Part shown: piece after piece, positions 63,568 to 64,000 of the stretch
Layout of the letters: every line of letters starts with the position of its first letter
How positions within the stretch are numbered: position 1 is the first letter of the stretch
Assembly: GCA_964421635.1 (NCBI GenBank)
Contig: CAYQWZ010000003.1
Span: forward strand, 1,712 to 65,711
Source: an uncultured Candidatus Saccharibacteria bacterium
GTDB taxonomy: Bacteria > Patescibacteriota > UBA1384 > CAILIB01 > JAUSJZ01
DNA length: 64,000 nucleotides
Reading direction: 5' to 3'
The notes under the pieces: generated by a model
Databases searched by the model: none
The model's input: only the letters and a program-made list of their open reading frames with translations
What the model was told of the DNA's origin: nothing
Translations under genes and position numbers: made by a program

Positions 63568-64000
63568 TTATTGTTGAGGAGGATTAACTGACTGTTGTGC
63601 ATTAGGTATTGTGGGCTGGGCTTCATTTGGTGGAATTTGATTGTCGGGCACCGGACTGACAGGCATTTGTATTGGTGGTTCGGCTGGCGTTTCATCTTCT
63701 AAGTTCAAATCGTCAATATTTAATTCTGGTAAATCTAAACTTTCAACCGGCTCCTCAGGCTCAACTGGTTTGGCCTGTTTTTCAACTGCATCAGAACTTG
63801 TTGTATTAGAAGCGGCTGTTTTAGTTAGACCAGCCGTCGGAATTGGCCCAACCGGCTCGCCCGCAGTAGCGACTGGCTTATCAAACCGATCATACTTGTC
63901 GTAATCTTCCGCTTCTTCTATATTTTTACCCATTAGTTCTTGTAAATAATCGACATTAACCAGCGCGGCTTTAGGGCGACCATTTTTGGTAATTACAAAA
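63568..64000 (-). CDS. Partial CDS: Phd/YefM-antitoxin-like N-terminal segment followed by an acidic/Pro-rich extension (start beyond the window end)
   Basis: The reading frame stays open upstream of the track's first ATG through to the window end and reads ...FVITKNGRPKAALVNVDYLQELMGKN..., which is Phd/YefM-like. It is followed by PVEPEEP / PPIQMPVSPVP low-complexity sequence. Confidence 0.4.
   Translation of the reverse strand, partial: FVITKNGRPKAALVNVDYLQELMGKNIEEAEDYDKYDRFDKPVATAGEPVGPIPTAGLTKTAASNTTSSDAVEKQAKPVEPEEPVESLDLPELNIDDLNLEDETPAEPPIQMPVSPVPDNQIPPNEAQPTIPNAQQSVNPPQQ

Noticed and set aside
1-64000. Search for CRISPR arrays, rRNA genes, transposases or integrases and phage structural genes
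   Set aside because: No direct-repeat/spacer arrays were found, and no rRNA-like conserved stretches. No ORF with DDE transposase, tyrosine or serine recombinase, or phage capsid/terminase-like motifs was recognised by eye. The only tandem repeat is the 45-bp coding repeat at 1-120.

Overview
This 64-kb window looks like a chromosomal segment from an AT-rich, small-genome bacterium, with a gene repertoire that resembles Candidate Phyla Radiation / Patescibacteria-like lineages. That assignment is inference from gene content and extended ribosomal proteins. Base composition is mosaic: the backbone is roughly 35-42% GC with several short GC-rich islets. Almost all genes are on the minus strand. 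Housekeeping content read directly from the translations: dnaA-dnaN-recF with DnaA-box-like 9-mers on both sides of dnaA; a displaced rpmH-rnpA-yidD-yidC block; rpiB, rpsA, hppA, comM, pnp-rpsO, an NrnA-like DHH phosphoesterase, a ClpC-like ATPase, secG, a family-5 solute-binding protein, and 9 tRNAs including an unusual tRNA-Ile(UAU). The main accessory content is a tightly coupled, roughly 18-kb minus-strand operon (15197-33011). It encodes a PrgI/VirB3-like membrane protein, a VirB4-like ATPase apparently split into two polypeptides, three or four secreted cell-wall-hydrolase-like proteins (NlpC/P60-like, C39-like, and an L,D-transpeptidase domain), and a 2294-aa signal-peptide/TM-anchored giant protein. 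A perfect 20-bp GC palindrome sits upstream of the operon. This is the best candidate for a poorly described type-IV-secretion-like envelope-spanning system. Elsewhere there are four tandem type IV pilin genes plus a remote PilB-like ATPase and ComM; a glycosyltransferase / methyltransferase surface-glycan cluster; and two ~170-nt GC-rich structured RNA candidates with intrinsic terminators flanking tRNA-Leu. Other notable items are a tandemly duplicated ThyX-like protein with complementary degenerate motifs, several small GC-rich ORFs with their own Shine-Dalgarno sites and terminators, and a 45-bp tandem repeat at the window edge. No rRNA genes, CRISPR arrays or obvious transposase/integrase genes were seen. 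All protein assignments rest on motif recognition by eye and need HMM/BLAST confirmation.
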